A stretch of 64,000 bases of DNA, taken from NCBI RefSeq assembly GCF_026210795.1, contig NC_089430.1, positions 4,030,001 through 4,094,000 of the forward strand, in the 5' to 3' direction. Shown in pieces: positions 14,026 to 27,363 of this stretch (its first letter is position 1; the number at the start of each line of letters is the position of its first letter). The translations under genes and the position numbers were made by a program. Source of the stretch: Rhizophagus irregularis. Taxonomy: Eukaryota. Under the pieces are notes generated by a model. The model was not told the DNA's origin and did no database searches. It saw nothing but the letters and a program-made list of their open reading frames with translations.

Positions 14026-14379
14026 TGGGCATCCCTATATATCAAAATTTTTTCACTATACTGAATATTCCAATAAATTAGATATTTTTAGTGGAATTGA
14101 TAAATCCAGTTTATCAAATTTCACTATGTATTTAGAAAACTATATAACTTTATTTGATTTCATTTATTTGTATATTTGATGTTTTTTCTATTATTTTTGA
14201 ATTCATATAAATTTAAATAAATATAAAGGTACTATGTTATTTATATTTTTAAACTAGTTTAAATCAGGTCAAATATTATATCACATGTGAAAATGGAAAT
14301 TTATAAATTTATCTGAAATGAGTAATATAAAATCACACTCACTAATTAATGATCGTGCAAAATGTCAAATATCAATAGG

Positions 14380-14490
14380 TCGGTGATTGGCTATTCATTG
14401 TTGATTATTTGTCGCGTTTAAAAAGTATTATTACGTCACCCGTTTGTAGTTTAGTTGATTATCTAGAAATAAGCTCGGTAATATAAAAAG
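14380..14490 (+). promoter_or_regulatory. Putative cyclin promoter: reverse CCAAT (gattgg), MCB-like tcgcgt, TATA-like tataaaa
   Basis: Motifs seen upstream of a 5'UTR intron (about 14660-14784); function is inferred only. Confidence 0.35.
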
Positions 14491-14822
14491 ACCAAATTTT
14501 CATAGTTTTATTGCCTTCAATCCAGTGCTTATTTGCGTCTTCTTTTACTTTCTACTTCAAATAGTTTATCTACTTCACAGAAAACGGGTAGTCTAGTAGC
14601 TAGTATATTTCGACCTTTATATAAAACACGCCTATCTGTTTACTGGAGCTTTTGCTGAGGTATTGAATTGAAACCTGTTATATGAGATTGGAATAATTTA
14701 GTAAATCTTACATTTAAAGTTTGCAAGCTGACTAACTTAAAGAAAAACTATTAACGAATTTACTTTTTTTGTATCTTAAAATAGACTCCATTATTTTTGT
14801 TGCTTATATGAACGGTTGAAAA

Positions 14823-16281
14823 ATGTTGCCAAACGCAAACAGGAAGAAGCAGGTATATGACTTACCGGTAAAAAAGTTTTCAGTATAACGATAACAATTT
14901 TATTCATATACTTTTAAAATGTTGTAGGTGCAACCACGCAAAATTGCTCCGATGAGAGCTCCTATGGCTGCTCATCGTGATGAAAATGTTGTTGCAACAA
15001 AACAACTTGCTATCCGTGAAGGAGTTAATAATGTTACCGCGATTCCACAAAAAAAACTCGGTGTGGTAACGAGAAAACGCGCGGTGCTTATGGATCGTAC
15101 AAATGTCTCACTTAAACAAAATTCAGTCAATGAGCAAACACATGATATCACAAAACCAATAATAAAAGAGAATGTAAATTTAGGTTTTCAAGATATAAGG
15201 TCTAAAGAGAAACATGAACTATCTTTTGATACTACACTTGCAACAACTGCGGAATCGGAAATATATGAATTTGATCGAAAGCGCTCTAAAAAACAAAAGA
15301 CTCAAGACTGGGAGGACTTAGATGCAGATGATTTCTACGATCCTATGATGATTTCTGAATATGCTGTGGATATCTTTAAATATTTAAAGGATTTAGAGGT
15401 ATTTTAATGAAGAAATTGATTGTATTATTAATCTATAAATTATTTAAATTATTTAAATTATTTAAATTATTTATATTAGAGTGAAATAATGCCTAAACCT
15501 GATTATATGTCATCTCAATCCGAACTAAGTTGGAGAATGCGAGGAATTCTTGTCGATTGGTTGATCGAAGTTCATCATAAGTTTCGCCTACTTCCTGAAA
15601 CATTGTTTTTAGCGGTAAACATCATTGATCGCTTCCTTTCAGTCCGTGTTGTTTCCCTAGTCAAACTTCAGTTAGTTGGAATTACTGGGTTATTTATTGC
15701 GGCAAAATATGAAGAACTATTGGCTCCGTCGATAAAAAATTTCATTTACATGGCTGATAACGGATACACGGAAGAAGAAATTCTCAAAGCAGAACGATAT
15801 GTTCTTACGACTATCGATTTCAAATTGTGTTACCCAAATCCCATGAACTTTCTTCGACGATCCTCCAAAGCTGATCATTTTGACATTCAAGCACGTACTG
15901 TTGCTAAATATCTTATGGAGATATCACTTGTTGACTATAAGTTTTTACCATTACCGCCCTCAATGATTGCTGCAGCCGCTTTGTATCTTTCTAGGAAAAT
16001 GCTTAACCGTAGTGAATGGGTATTTAAGTCATTATTATGTATCAACATTTGATAATGTATCATGAACTAAAATTATTCTTTTTTTTCAGCATGCCAACTT
16101 GATCCATTACTCGCAATATACTGAAGAAGAGCTTCAACAATGTGAGCAATTAATGCTTCAATATTTAATGAAACCCACAAAACATGAGCAATTATATAAA
16201 AAATACGCCGCGAAAAGATTTATGAAAGCTAGCATATTTGTCAAAGATTGGATATCTAAAAACGTAGAAAGGCAGCAATAA
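14823..16281 (+). CDS. G2/M B-type cyclin (Cdc13/Clb-like); exons 14823-14852, 14928-15398, 15480-16019, 16090-16281
   Basis: Cyclin box MRGILVDWLIEVH..FRLLPETLFLAVNIIDRFL; AAKYEE; D-box RAVLMDRTN; in-frame GT-AG introns. Confidence 0.96.
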
Positions 16282-16465
16282 TATGCAAAATTGTTGTCTA
16301 CGTCACAAATGATGTAATATTGTAACATTTTATTACTAATAAAATAGTACGGGCTTTATAGCGGATTTACTGTTTTTTAAATTAAATAGAAAACAGAAAT
16401 GAAAGTATATATAATTGACTTATATCCCCAATAAAGAATTTTTTTATAATAAATTATAAAAAACA

Positions 16466-19422
16466 ATGGGTAATGGTCATCGTAAAAAACCTTTTAGTGG
16501 AAAACAAAAGAAGAAGCAGTTACAAGCAAAACGCGAAAAAAATCTTTCTATAAAGGAGGAGGGTGCGTTTAAATGGGTTTAATTTTTTTTTTTAATATCG
16601 ACTTAACAGGTGTTCAGTACAATAGAATATTTTTTTGACAATAATAAAGGATTATACCATAGTGTATTTTTTGACAAAATAAAGAATTTTACCATACTGT
16701 ATTTTTTTCTGACAAAAATAAAGAAAAGCCATGTTGTTTATCTCAATTAAAACGGTTAGTATCTACAATGGTTAAAATGTTTAATATTTTGCATAATTTT
16801 TATAATTTAAAAAGATTCAGACGAAGAAATTGAAGCGGATAAGCATGTCGTGAGGAAACATGCTGACGAGAGAAAGTATGCTGAAAATGGAGAAAGTTTA
16901 TTAAAAAAAGAACAGTTTAATAATAAGGATGATAATATCACTCTCCCTTCTACACAAAAGTTGCTTGGATCAAGTAAAAGGTAGGGATTTTTTTTTGTTA
17001 AATTTGAAAGGAAACTTATAAAATTTCATTTTGATTCTAGTAGGTTACATTCGGTCTTTGAAAAATCATCACCACGAGAGATAAGAGCTCAACGTAAAGC
17101 GAGCATGAAAGCTTTCACTCGTTTACCTTCAGTACGAATCAATGATTTGTAAATGTATTTCAAGTTGATCGAAAATTTATATATATTCCTATTTTAAAGA
17201 CTGCATTAGAAGTTTCTGTTAATGATATTTATACAACCGTAATTGACTTTCCAAAACGACCGTCTTGGCATTATGGAATGACAAAAGAAGAATTAGAATC
17301 TAATGAAGAACATTACTTTCGGCAATGGCTAGATGATGTTTATAACAAATATCCGAGAGAGGAATTAAGTTTTTTTGAACATAATCTTGATGTAATTATC
17401 GTATCAATCTTGTAATTATTCATTTTATTTTTGTCAATTTCTCATTAATTTTTACCTTCATAGGTCTGGCGTCAATTGTAACACTGTTTACACATATCTT
17501 TATTATTTTTTTTGCGTCTCTTTAAATAACAATATTCTTTCTTAGATGGCGTGTCCTTGAAATTTCAGACATTATATTGATTGTAGTAGATATCAGGCAT
17601 CCTCTGTTACATTTTCCACCTTCATTATATAATTATGTTGTTAAAGATATGAAGCGGAAGATGGTTCTTGTATTCAATAAGGTTTGAATTATTGTATAAC
17701 TTTTCCGATTTCATTCTAAATATTTATTAATTAATAATTAACATTTTTAATTTGATCTTTTGTAGGTTGATTTAGTTGCAGAACATACAGTATATTCATG
17801 GACTAAATATTTTGAAGAACAGTTTCCTGAAATTAGCATTGTTGAGTTTAGCTGTTATCCCAGGGATAATAGATTTGTTGATGATACTTCCACAGGTTTT
17901 TATTGTCTGTGAAATTTATACATTTATGAAATTATCAATATAAATAATTATTCTGTAATATCAGCATTTTTGCAGAAAAGAACAAAACGTCCAAAGAAGA
18001 GACGCTATCAAGCTTTAGGAATTAAAGAATTGCTATTAGCATGTAAAAATACAAATTTAGTCAAACAAGATGTAGAAGTGAATTGGACAGAATTGATTGA
18101 ACAGTATAATCGAAATGCAACAGTTTGTGACAATCTAGATGATATTACAGAGGAGGAGGTGGAAAAAATAGATGCAATTCAGGAGGAATCATCATCTGAT
18201 GTTGAATCTCTGGATGCAGAAGAAAACATTAAACAAATTGGTGATTAATTTAACATTTTATATTGTAATAAAAAGATTTCTTTTTTTTGATTCATTTACT
18301 TTTTATTTTTTTTTATTTATTATCAAAGAAAATCAATTGAAAGTAGTAAATATCAACAATATAGAAACATCACCTCATAAAACACTAATTACAATAGGAC
18401 TTGTAGGTATGTATACTACATTCATTAGCTATCAGTTACCTAAACATGTATAATTAAAAATAATAAAATATTATTGTCTTATTACTAATTGATAGGACAT
18501 CCTAATGTTGGAAAAAGTAGCCTTATAAACAGTATATTTGGAAAAGTAGTTGTAAGCACTTCTAGAACTCCAGGTCTGATATTTACAAAATTATATATAT
18601 ATATATGTATATTATACATTATTACATCAAAATCTATTAATTTTATAGGACATACAAACCATTTTCAGACAATTCATTTATCAAAAAATATTCGTCTTTG
18701 TGATTCTCCAGGATTAGTTTTTCCAAGTCTTTTATTAAAGCAATTACAGGTTTTTTATATTTTTTTAAAAAAATTGATTATTTATAATTAAATAAAAATT
18801 TATATTTTGAAATTTTTTAGATTTTATTAGGAATGTATCCAATTGCACAAGTTCAAGAACCTTATAGTTCTATACAATATATGGTATGTATAACTAAAAA
18901 ATATCTTTATTTATAATATTAATTATAGAATTTAAATATTATTATAGGCTGAAAGAATTCCTTTAGAATCAATACTTAAACTAAAAACTTTAGAAAATAA
19001 TGAATGGTCTGCCTGGAATATATGTGAAGGTAATAAATTTTTAAATAAAGCAATTTATTATTTTTATTAATATACAATTAATTAAAAATTTTTATATAAT
19101 AGCTTTTGCAATTAAACAAAAATATTATACAAAAGCTTCAAGACCAGATGTTTATCGGGCAGCTAATGCTATTTTACGTTTAGTTAATGATGGTCGTATT
19201 TTACTTTCTTTTAAACCACCAGAATTTTTTACAAGTTTAAAATATTTAATTGCACAAAAAAATGAAATTGATTTACAGATAAAAGTTGAATCTAAAAAAA
19301 TGGGAATAAATACTAAAAAAACTGATAAAAAAGAAATTTTTGAAGAATTAAATAGTCAATCTAAACAGCAATTGGGTGGTTATTTTGAATTATTAATAAA
19401 TTATAATGATGATAAAAATTAA
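16466..19422 (+). CDS. GNL1: GNL1-like circularly permuted GTPase (YlqF/YawG, Lsg1-related), multi-exon
   Basis: N-terminus MGNGHRKKPFSGKQKKKQLQ; FEHNL-VWRQLWRV; NKVD (G4) precedes GHPNVGKSS (G1), SRTPG (G2) and DSPG (G3); RPDVYRAAN. Confidence 0.9.
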
Positions 19423-20159
19423 TTATATAGGTTTTTAAAATTAATAATAAATTTATAAATTAATTTTATATTAGAAGTTAATTTAAAATTAATTTATTTA
19501 AATTTATATAAATATTTATTAAGATGTAAAATTTTAGTAAAATTTAATAAAGTAAATTTTATTTTGATTACATATAATACATTAAAATTTTCAATATTTT
19601 ATAATAAAATTCACTAAAAAAAAATTTTACTTTAATTTATATAATATATATATAAACTAATTTTTAAAGATTTTTTTTAGTTTTTTTTAAAATTATATAA
19701 TAAAGGTAAATTTATCTGGAATAATTTTTATCTTTAATAAAAGTTACTTCTAATAAGCATTAAATTTACTTTAAATTTATAAAATTTATAAATTTATAAA
19801 TATATCAGTCATTAATATAAATAATTAAAAATTCTATTAAATTATAATACTTACTTATTAGCAACAATATAACTAATTTTATTTTGGATTTATTTTATCA
19901 ATTCTGAAAGGAAATATATAAAAAAAAAATCAGTATAATTTAAATCAATAAATATAATATCACTTATTTTTATTTTACTTTTATTTTTATTTGTATTTTG
20001 ATGATTACATCTTATTGAATAAATATAGCTCATGATAATTTGTTTATATGGTATATAAATTTAAGAAAATTTCAAAGTTTACACATGATGTTTAAACACG
20101 GATCATGTGAAATATAATAACACCAATATCACACCCTTTTACTTTTTTTATATAATATA

Positions 20160-20371
20160 TGTATTTTTGACTGCTCTGCAAGTTTACTTAAGGCATTAAA
20201 GGGGGTTTTGAATGTCGTTTTTGACTTATATATGAAAACTGTCTTTGTCAATCATTTCCTAAATTTTTTTAAGAGCGATTAGCAAAATCACTTATTCATA
20301 GGTAAAGTCAAAACTGACATTTTAAAGCACCTTTAATGCCTTAGGTAAACTTGTAGAGCAGGCAAAAATCC
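20160..20371. mobile_element. Foldback MITE nested in an older inverted-repeat element (about 20055-20485)
   Basis: ~45-bp inverted repeats ctgctctgcaagtttacttaaggcattaaagg / cctttaatgccttaggtaaacttgtagagcag. Confidence 0.7.
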
Positions 20372-20887
20372 ATTTATTTACTAATTTTAAAGTTAATACT
20401 ATTAGTCAAAATGGCAATAATCACATGACCCAGATTCAAACACCTGTGTATAAATAGAAATTGCCTAAACTTAATATTAATAAAGTATATATAGATCATT
20501 AAAATATATATACAATATATATAACTTAGTTATAATGATTAAAATTGATGAAATTCAAATCACTACTACTTATTCAAAAAAAAATGATAAATGTAAAGTA
20601 TAAGCTATACAATAAAAAAACATTAAAACGAATATGAACATAAAATTATAGTTATAAAATGTTTTTTAATAAAGTAATAGCAATTCAAAATTAAAATATT
20701 TTACTATTAAATTAAATATTTGGTCACTTTACTTTGACCAAAATTATATGTAAATCTGGCCAAAATTACTTTTAGTTATATAAATCTAGCTAAAATTATA
20801 TTTAAGTCTAGCTAAAATTACAAATTATAATTTAAACTATATAAATCTAGCCAATAAAATTGCAAATTTAATGTATCATATGATATA

Positions 20888-23800
20888 CAGTCAACTCTCT
20901 TTATAGTCATCCATTTGGAACAGTCCATATTTGATGATTATAAAGAGATGTGACTATATAAAAAATTTCTTATATTAGTATATCATAATTCCGGCCAAAA
21001 ATTAACATAATTTTGGCCAAAATTATACTCAAAACTTTATTGTATTGTAACTCTGCCAATATTAGTCATAGAAAGATAATCTTACCACCATTTGATTCGT
21101 CTTGATGAGTCAGTTCTAATGATATAAAATACATCGAAATCTGATCACTAGATTAATTTTCAAAATTAAAAAAATATTAATGGTTTTTGTGTAATAACTT
21201 TGCCAATATTGATCCTAAAGAGATGATCTTACTACCATTCGATTCGTCTTAATGCAACGAATCTAATGGTATAAAATACATCAAAATCTAATCACTAAAT
21301 CAATTTCCAAAATTAAAAAATATTAAATGGTTTTTAAGTAGTAACTCCTTCAATATTGATCACAGAGAGATGAGCTTACTGCCATTTGATTTATTTTGAT
21401 GAGGCAATTTCAACGAGCTATTAATCGTCTTTTTACAATCACTAGGTACTGAGAAATTTAGAAAAATGTTAAATAGCGTAGTAAACGTAAATCAAGAAAT
21501 ATAATAATGCCGATGCTTAACATTTTGTTGAATAACTTATTAACCAATGATCGTAAAAGAATAAAACTACAAAAAAAACTCTCTCCCGTTACCCTCATGA
21601 CAGTATTTTGTTGGAAAAAATATTTTTATTTTTCTGGGTTCTTCTTTCTTTTTATCCTTCCGTGAACTTTTAGCCTTCGAACTTCCGCTTCCCTTGAATT
21701 ATTTTAATATTACTTTTACTTTATTTTTTCTCCTTTTTGAGAACCTTTCTCTTATATTTTTTACTATTTTCTTTGGTCCACTTTCTTTATGGGATGTTAG
21801 AAAGAAAAATTCTCTTGTCCCCGTTCCAAACGAAAAACTAGTAATTTAACTTCCTGTTCTCCCCTTCTATTGCCCATGATGAAAAATGGTGCAAACTCGC
21901 TGACAAGTTAATGGACTCACACCTTGCTTATATCAAGTTGCCTTTAATTCATAGATGGCAAAGTGTAATTGCTCATGAAAAAAATTTGAAGGATTTTGAA
22001 TTCTCATATATCCCCTTCTACCCTTCTGATAATAAAGTTCTTACTACTTATCGTCTTGTATTAGCAGACTCTTCTCGTTGTCTCAAACTTTTTCTTTCAC
22101 ATGACCAAGAATATTTGAAATTTGTGGATTCTTGGTGTAACCCTTCTGAAAAATTGATATTGAAAGATTTGCCTGATTTTCACCTTATTTATCCAGGATT
22201 TTTCAGAAATTCTTTATCTTCTGAATTTACGCCTCCTGCAGTTGCTCCTATATTTACGCTTAATGATCATCAAGATGACTCTTCTAATATGGCGTTAGAT
22301 CCTGTTTTTCAATCTGTAATACAAGACCCTGCTTTTTAACGGATTTGTCCTATAGGACCTGATCTATATACCTTTGGCTCTGATGATGAAATGGACGAAT
22401 TTCTTTTTCCTGACCAACATACAAAAAGTTTTTAGAAAAATTCTGAAAATCTTCTGAAAAATACTGAAATCTGCAGTAAAATGTCTGAAATCATTCAAGA
22501 TTTAAAAAATTTACTGGATTTTTCAAAAACCTTTCAGAAAATCTGGCAAAATTTGAATAGATTTCGTACGCTGTTCCTGACTATTTGATTCAACTTACTC
22601 CAATTGATTATGAGAATAATGCTACTAGGTTTCACTTTTCTTGCACATTTAAATATAAGATGATAATGATGATGACCTCTCTGCTTATATTCCTCTATTG
22701 CTTGATAGCATTCTTTCAGCATTGAAAGTGTCGGATGCTTTGAACTCCACTTATTGCCTTGCAAAATTTACTCGTCTTATTGCTAAGCTCCCTGCTTTAC
22801 ATGCCGCTGCTAAAGCTAAGTATACTCTACCTATTGTTACCCCTCCTAGACAGGTCGATTCTTTTATAGATTTTGATGAACTTCTCTCAGTTTACGACAT
22901 TCCTCTTCTGCTGTGTACTTTTAACGCATCTATGTTGAATGATGATTCTGATGATGAATCATATGATTCTGATAATGACTCGTTTTTCTCTTTTTCATCT
23001 TTTGATAACTCTTCTTTTATAAGTCCTCTCTCAGAATCTATTGTTTTTCTTCTGATCGCTTTTCCTCTATTTTGCTTTGATATTGATCCTTTGGTGGCAG
23101 TTTCTACTATAATGTTTTCAAATGATATTTCTAAATATAAACCCTTTTCTATCAGCTCTTTTTTTGATTTTTCAAAATTTGAATGTTGTCATAAATGGAA
23201 AATTTATCATTTTTCTCTTCTTCCTGTCATGATATTTATCAGTTAGATCAGATATTTTTCACTTGTTCTATCTAGTTTTGGTCTTACTTAAGAATTATAG
23301 ATGATCTTCTTAAGCTGACCTTTTCTTGTTCGATTAATAGGTTTATTAACCTATTTTCCTCTTGGCCTGGTTAGATTACTTTTTTTGTTTTGTTTGTTTA
23401 GGTCGTTTGTTCACTTTATAGTTGTGTAGTTATTTAAGGCATGTGATGTTTCTTAATTTGCCATCCCCTTCTATATGATCTATAATTTTATTTTATAGTT
23501 CTCTTTTCTTTATTATTTTGCTTTATTTACAACTATTTTGTTTTCTTTTTGCACCTTTTCGTTAAGAATTTTCTGTAGGTAATCTTTTTCTGGTTCTTCT
23601 AACCTTTTTGTAGTTTTTGCTTTTATTACCTTTTATTGGTTTAGTTTTCTTTTTATAAGAAACTATTTAGTCGCCTCACAGTGATTTTATATTAATCTAG
23701 AGGATGTAGTGCCTTTATTAATAATTGTTTATAGTTTTTTTTGAGCTTTAACTTTCATTTTATTTTGTACTATGAGATTATTCTTTGTTTCTTTATTTGT

Positions 23801-24176
23801 TTTTTTTGAATTTATATTTCTTTTTAATTTGTATATTTCTATAAAAATAAATAAAAAACAGCATAAAGACCTTTTGTACAGTAAAAGGATAAAAGCTACT
23901 ACCATTTGATTTGTCTCAGTAAGATGATTCTGAACATAGCTTTTCATCTTTGTATGATTATTAGATGCCAAGTTATTTAATATATTCTTTATATAACTGT
24001 GATTATAAACAGTTCTTTTTAATATAAGATTTTTGAGGATAGGTGTGATAGTGACTATAGATAGATTGTGACTATATAGGATAGATTTTAATAATAAAGT
24101 GTTTTGAACATTCAACTGGTGTAACTATATAGTAGAATGTGACTATAATTGAAGTGACTATAGAGAGAGTTGACTG
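20888..24176. mobile_element. Tc1/mariner(pogo)-type MITE P, copy 1, with a 2.3-kb insertion
   Basis: TIR cagtcaactctct(t/c)tatagtca; TA TSD; homologous to 48393-58760 and 52418-53523. Confidence 0.92.
21571..23880 (+). mobile_element. Unclassified insertion with ~18-bp TSD and a decayed ORF (about 21790-23373)
   Basis: TSD gtaaaag(a/g)ataaaa(g)ctac at 21553-21570 and 23881-23899; absent from the empty copy 52418-53523. Confidence 0.75.
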
Positions 24177-25014
24177 TAATTTGATATTTAAAAAGTTGTA
24201 TGCACTGTATATATATAATACTTACTTATTTAATAATATAAATTTGTATAATATTAAAAATATAATTTATAAATTTAGTTATACTGTAATAAATAAGCTG
24301 ACTGTCATCTATAAATTATGGTTTCATAATTTGGCTTTTTCTGTTTTATAATTCATAGTTAATTTATTAAAAAAAAAATTAAAAAATTTAGAATTTTTAA
24401 TTTTTTTTTTCAAATATTGGTTAGAACTTTTATTAAACTTTATTAAGTTATATTCGAATTACAAAAAATTTTGAAGACCTTCTACTTTTACTTTGCAATA
24501 AAAATAATAAAAATGTTTAGGTATACTAATATTAAATGATACCAAATAAATTAAAGAAATAAAACGAAAAAATAAAAATAAAAATAAAGTAAAAAATAAA
24601 AAAGAAATAATCAGTAATAAAGCCTTTTACTAATAACTACATCTTAAAATTAAGATAATCTAAACATTTTGTTGAACTTATTAAAATACTCCTAATTTTC
24701 TTAATATTAATCTAATTTCAGCTAAAACTATTAGTTTGTTAATATTATTCAAGATTTATTTATCTTCATAATTTATTTAATTACTTTTTACTTTTTACTT
24801 AATTGCATTATATTAGTAGTATTTTGAGAAATCTTGAAGTTATCATCTTGCTTTATTTTTTAATTGTGAAATATAATATATATAATATCTTTTTCAATTA
24901 TCAGTAAATTTATCTAAGCTAAATATCTTACCAATAACTTTATCTAAACTAGTTTATAACTTATAGTAATTATAAGCTTATGAATACCAGAATTCTGAAC
25001 ATTACTAAAGCAAT

Positions 25015-25581
25015 AGGAGCCTGAACAATACTGATACAACTCACATTTGAGTTTGTGTAGAGTTTATATTAAAATTTTTCAAAAGTTGCGTATTACAGAG
25101 ATATTTTAAAATTTTGTTATCCTACATATTTCTGTTTTTAACACAATTAGTGATTTGATTTTAATAAAATTTATATCATTAAATTCGTCTCGATAAGAGG
25201 ATTCTAATTATAGTAAAATTGAATGTTTAGCTTCAATATTGACAGTATTATATCATAAAATGTATTTTTATTTCAGTATTTAAAGTTTACTTGTGAGTTA
25301 TATTAGTATTATTTGGGTCTTAAAGCAACTCAGATTTTATATAACTAAAATTTTAAAATGTTATATTTCAGTAAATATTACACCTAAAAAGATGAACTAT
25401 ATATCAAAATATTTGTCTTGTTAAAATAAATTTAATAAACTAAAGATCTAATTACTAAATTCTGAAATAGTAAAATTTGAAGCTAAAATCTACATATAAT
25501 TTTATACATTTGAAACAAAAATTAATTATAAGGTTTATACAAATTCAAATCTGAGTTTTTTTAGTGATGTTTAGGATTCTT
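25015..25581. mobile_element. Degenerate MITE; related partial copy at about 45340-45610
   Basis: Imperfect inverted ends (aactcacatttgagtttgtgta / tatacaaattcaaatctgagtt). Confidence 0.55.
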
Positions 25582-25721
25582 AAATTATATATAAAGTCAA
25601 AATTAAAACCCAAAAGTTGAAATATTTTAACTTGAGGAGGTCAAAAGTCAAAATTAAAGTCAAAATAGTCAAAATTATATTATACAGTCAACTTTTAATA
25701 TAATGAAATGATTGTTCAGAT

Positions 25722-26070
25722 TAGTGTTCTGCATGGATCGAATTAGACTGAATTAGGATAGATTTGGAATTTGGTTCGATCAAATCGAATCTGAAAATTT
25801 GAATTCAGATCGAGACAAATCAGTTCAAATCCGATTCGAGATTTGATTCGAATTTGATTTGATTTGATTTAGATTTGATCTGATTCAAATCAAATCAATC
25901 GAATCAAATCTTGAATCATTTGAACAGATTCGTAATTTGATTTGATTCGATTTGGATTTGATTTTGATTTAAAATTCAATTTTATTCGGTTTGAAAATTT
26001 GATTCGAATCTGAATTTGATTTGAAATTTGATTCAATTCAGTTTGAAAATTTGATTTGAATTTGTTCAAA
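25722..26070 (-). mobile_element. 3' terminus and gattcga subterminal repeats of the split hAT element
   Basis: Terminus tagtgttctgcatg, also the TIR of the MITE at 47656-47919; lies downstream of the minus-strand transposase. Confidence 0.75.
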
Positions 26071-26330
26071 TTTAATAATTTAATTATTATTTATATTAAA
26101 AATTTACAAGGATGGTTAGCAATACTTATTAAAAAATATTTATTTTTTATTTGCAATATTAATTGTTATTAATGTTATATTATATTAATTATAAAATTAA
26201 AAAAAAAACTAATTATTTGAATTTCAAATAAATCGCAATGGCAAATACTAATAATTGTTAAAATAAAAAATTAAAAATTAGTTAGTTAAAATTTCTACAA
26301 CGATCCTAATATTATTAAAATTAAAATTAA

Positions 26331-27363
26331 TTATTCAAATAAATCACTTAATGAATTCGAAAACTATGATTTTAAGCATATGCAGGATCTTATAGTTTTT
26401 CTTTCCAATTTGTTACACTTATCAGTAATTAAATTTTTACTGATTGAAAAACATTCTTCAAAGGAACGCTAGTAGAAGGTATAGCTAAATAATCCATCGC
26501 CATCTTAGCAAGTCTAGGAAACTGGGTTTGGTTTACTTTCCACTATTGAAGTGGATCAACGCTTTTATCACAAACTGGTGATAAAAGGTATACTTGAAAT
26601 TTATCAATCTCTTGAGTATATTTTCATTTAAATATTTTTGATGTAATTGAATTTTTATATTCATTATTCAAAGAATTGCTTAAAGTTGAACTTGAGTTTG
26701 GATTAGAATAAGTAGAATTATAAACATTTAAAAATCTAAAAATTAATATTTAAATATTGTTAGTATATATATAATATTATAAATTATAACTAAAAATAAA
26801 TTTTAAAATATTAAAAATATTAACTTTTCGTGAATTTTCTTCCTCTGATCATCATTCCATGTCTCGTCATTATAGTACTTCATTTTAAGCCTTGGATCTA
26901 AAATTGTTACAATAACATACGCATCATTCGTCTTGTTATAGTATTGGAGTAATTTTTCCCAGCTATTTGTAGCTGCTTTTTTAATAATTGATTCTTTATC
27001 TACACTTCCATTTTCATCATCACCTTCGTTTTCATCTTCATTTTCATTTACATTTTCATCTTCAAATATATAATCTTCCATATGATCAATTAAAGCATTA
27101 TATAAAGGAATGAGCATTGAAAGTGTAGGATAAGATGAACCGGACATTAATACTGTTATTTCTTTAAATTTTTCAAGAAATAATTTAACTTTCTCAAGTT
27201 CAGTTCATTTATCATCCATAATAACGAAATTTTTAAGATCTTTTTCAGAAAGTGCAAGGGAATTAAGCGCCTAGTAAAATTTTATAAATTAATAAATATT
27301 AATTAATAATAAATAAAGTTATATAATTTTACTTCTTTTAAATATAAAGTTCTATTGATCATA
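26331..27363 (-). pseudogene. hAT transposase, 3' part (continuation of 32-171)
   Basis: MINRTLYLKE/intron/ALNSL...SGSSYPTLS...ILDPRLK...FPRLAKMAMDYLAIPST; in-frame stops. Confidence 0.87.

Larger units (their letters stand above)
13003..14037. mobile_element. TIR element hosting two nested MITEs
   Basis: Ends ggagatgtccatagcaaaag / ctttttgctatgggcatccc; the right TIR is split by the 13792 insertion. Confidence 0.65.

Noticed and set aside
16620..16730. Three ~38-bp repeats in GNL1 intron 1
   Set aside because: Short degenerate tandem repeat with no TSD or structure I could support
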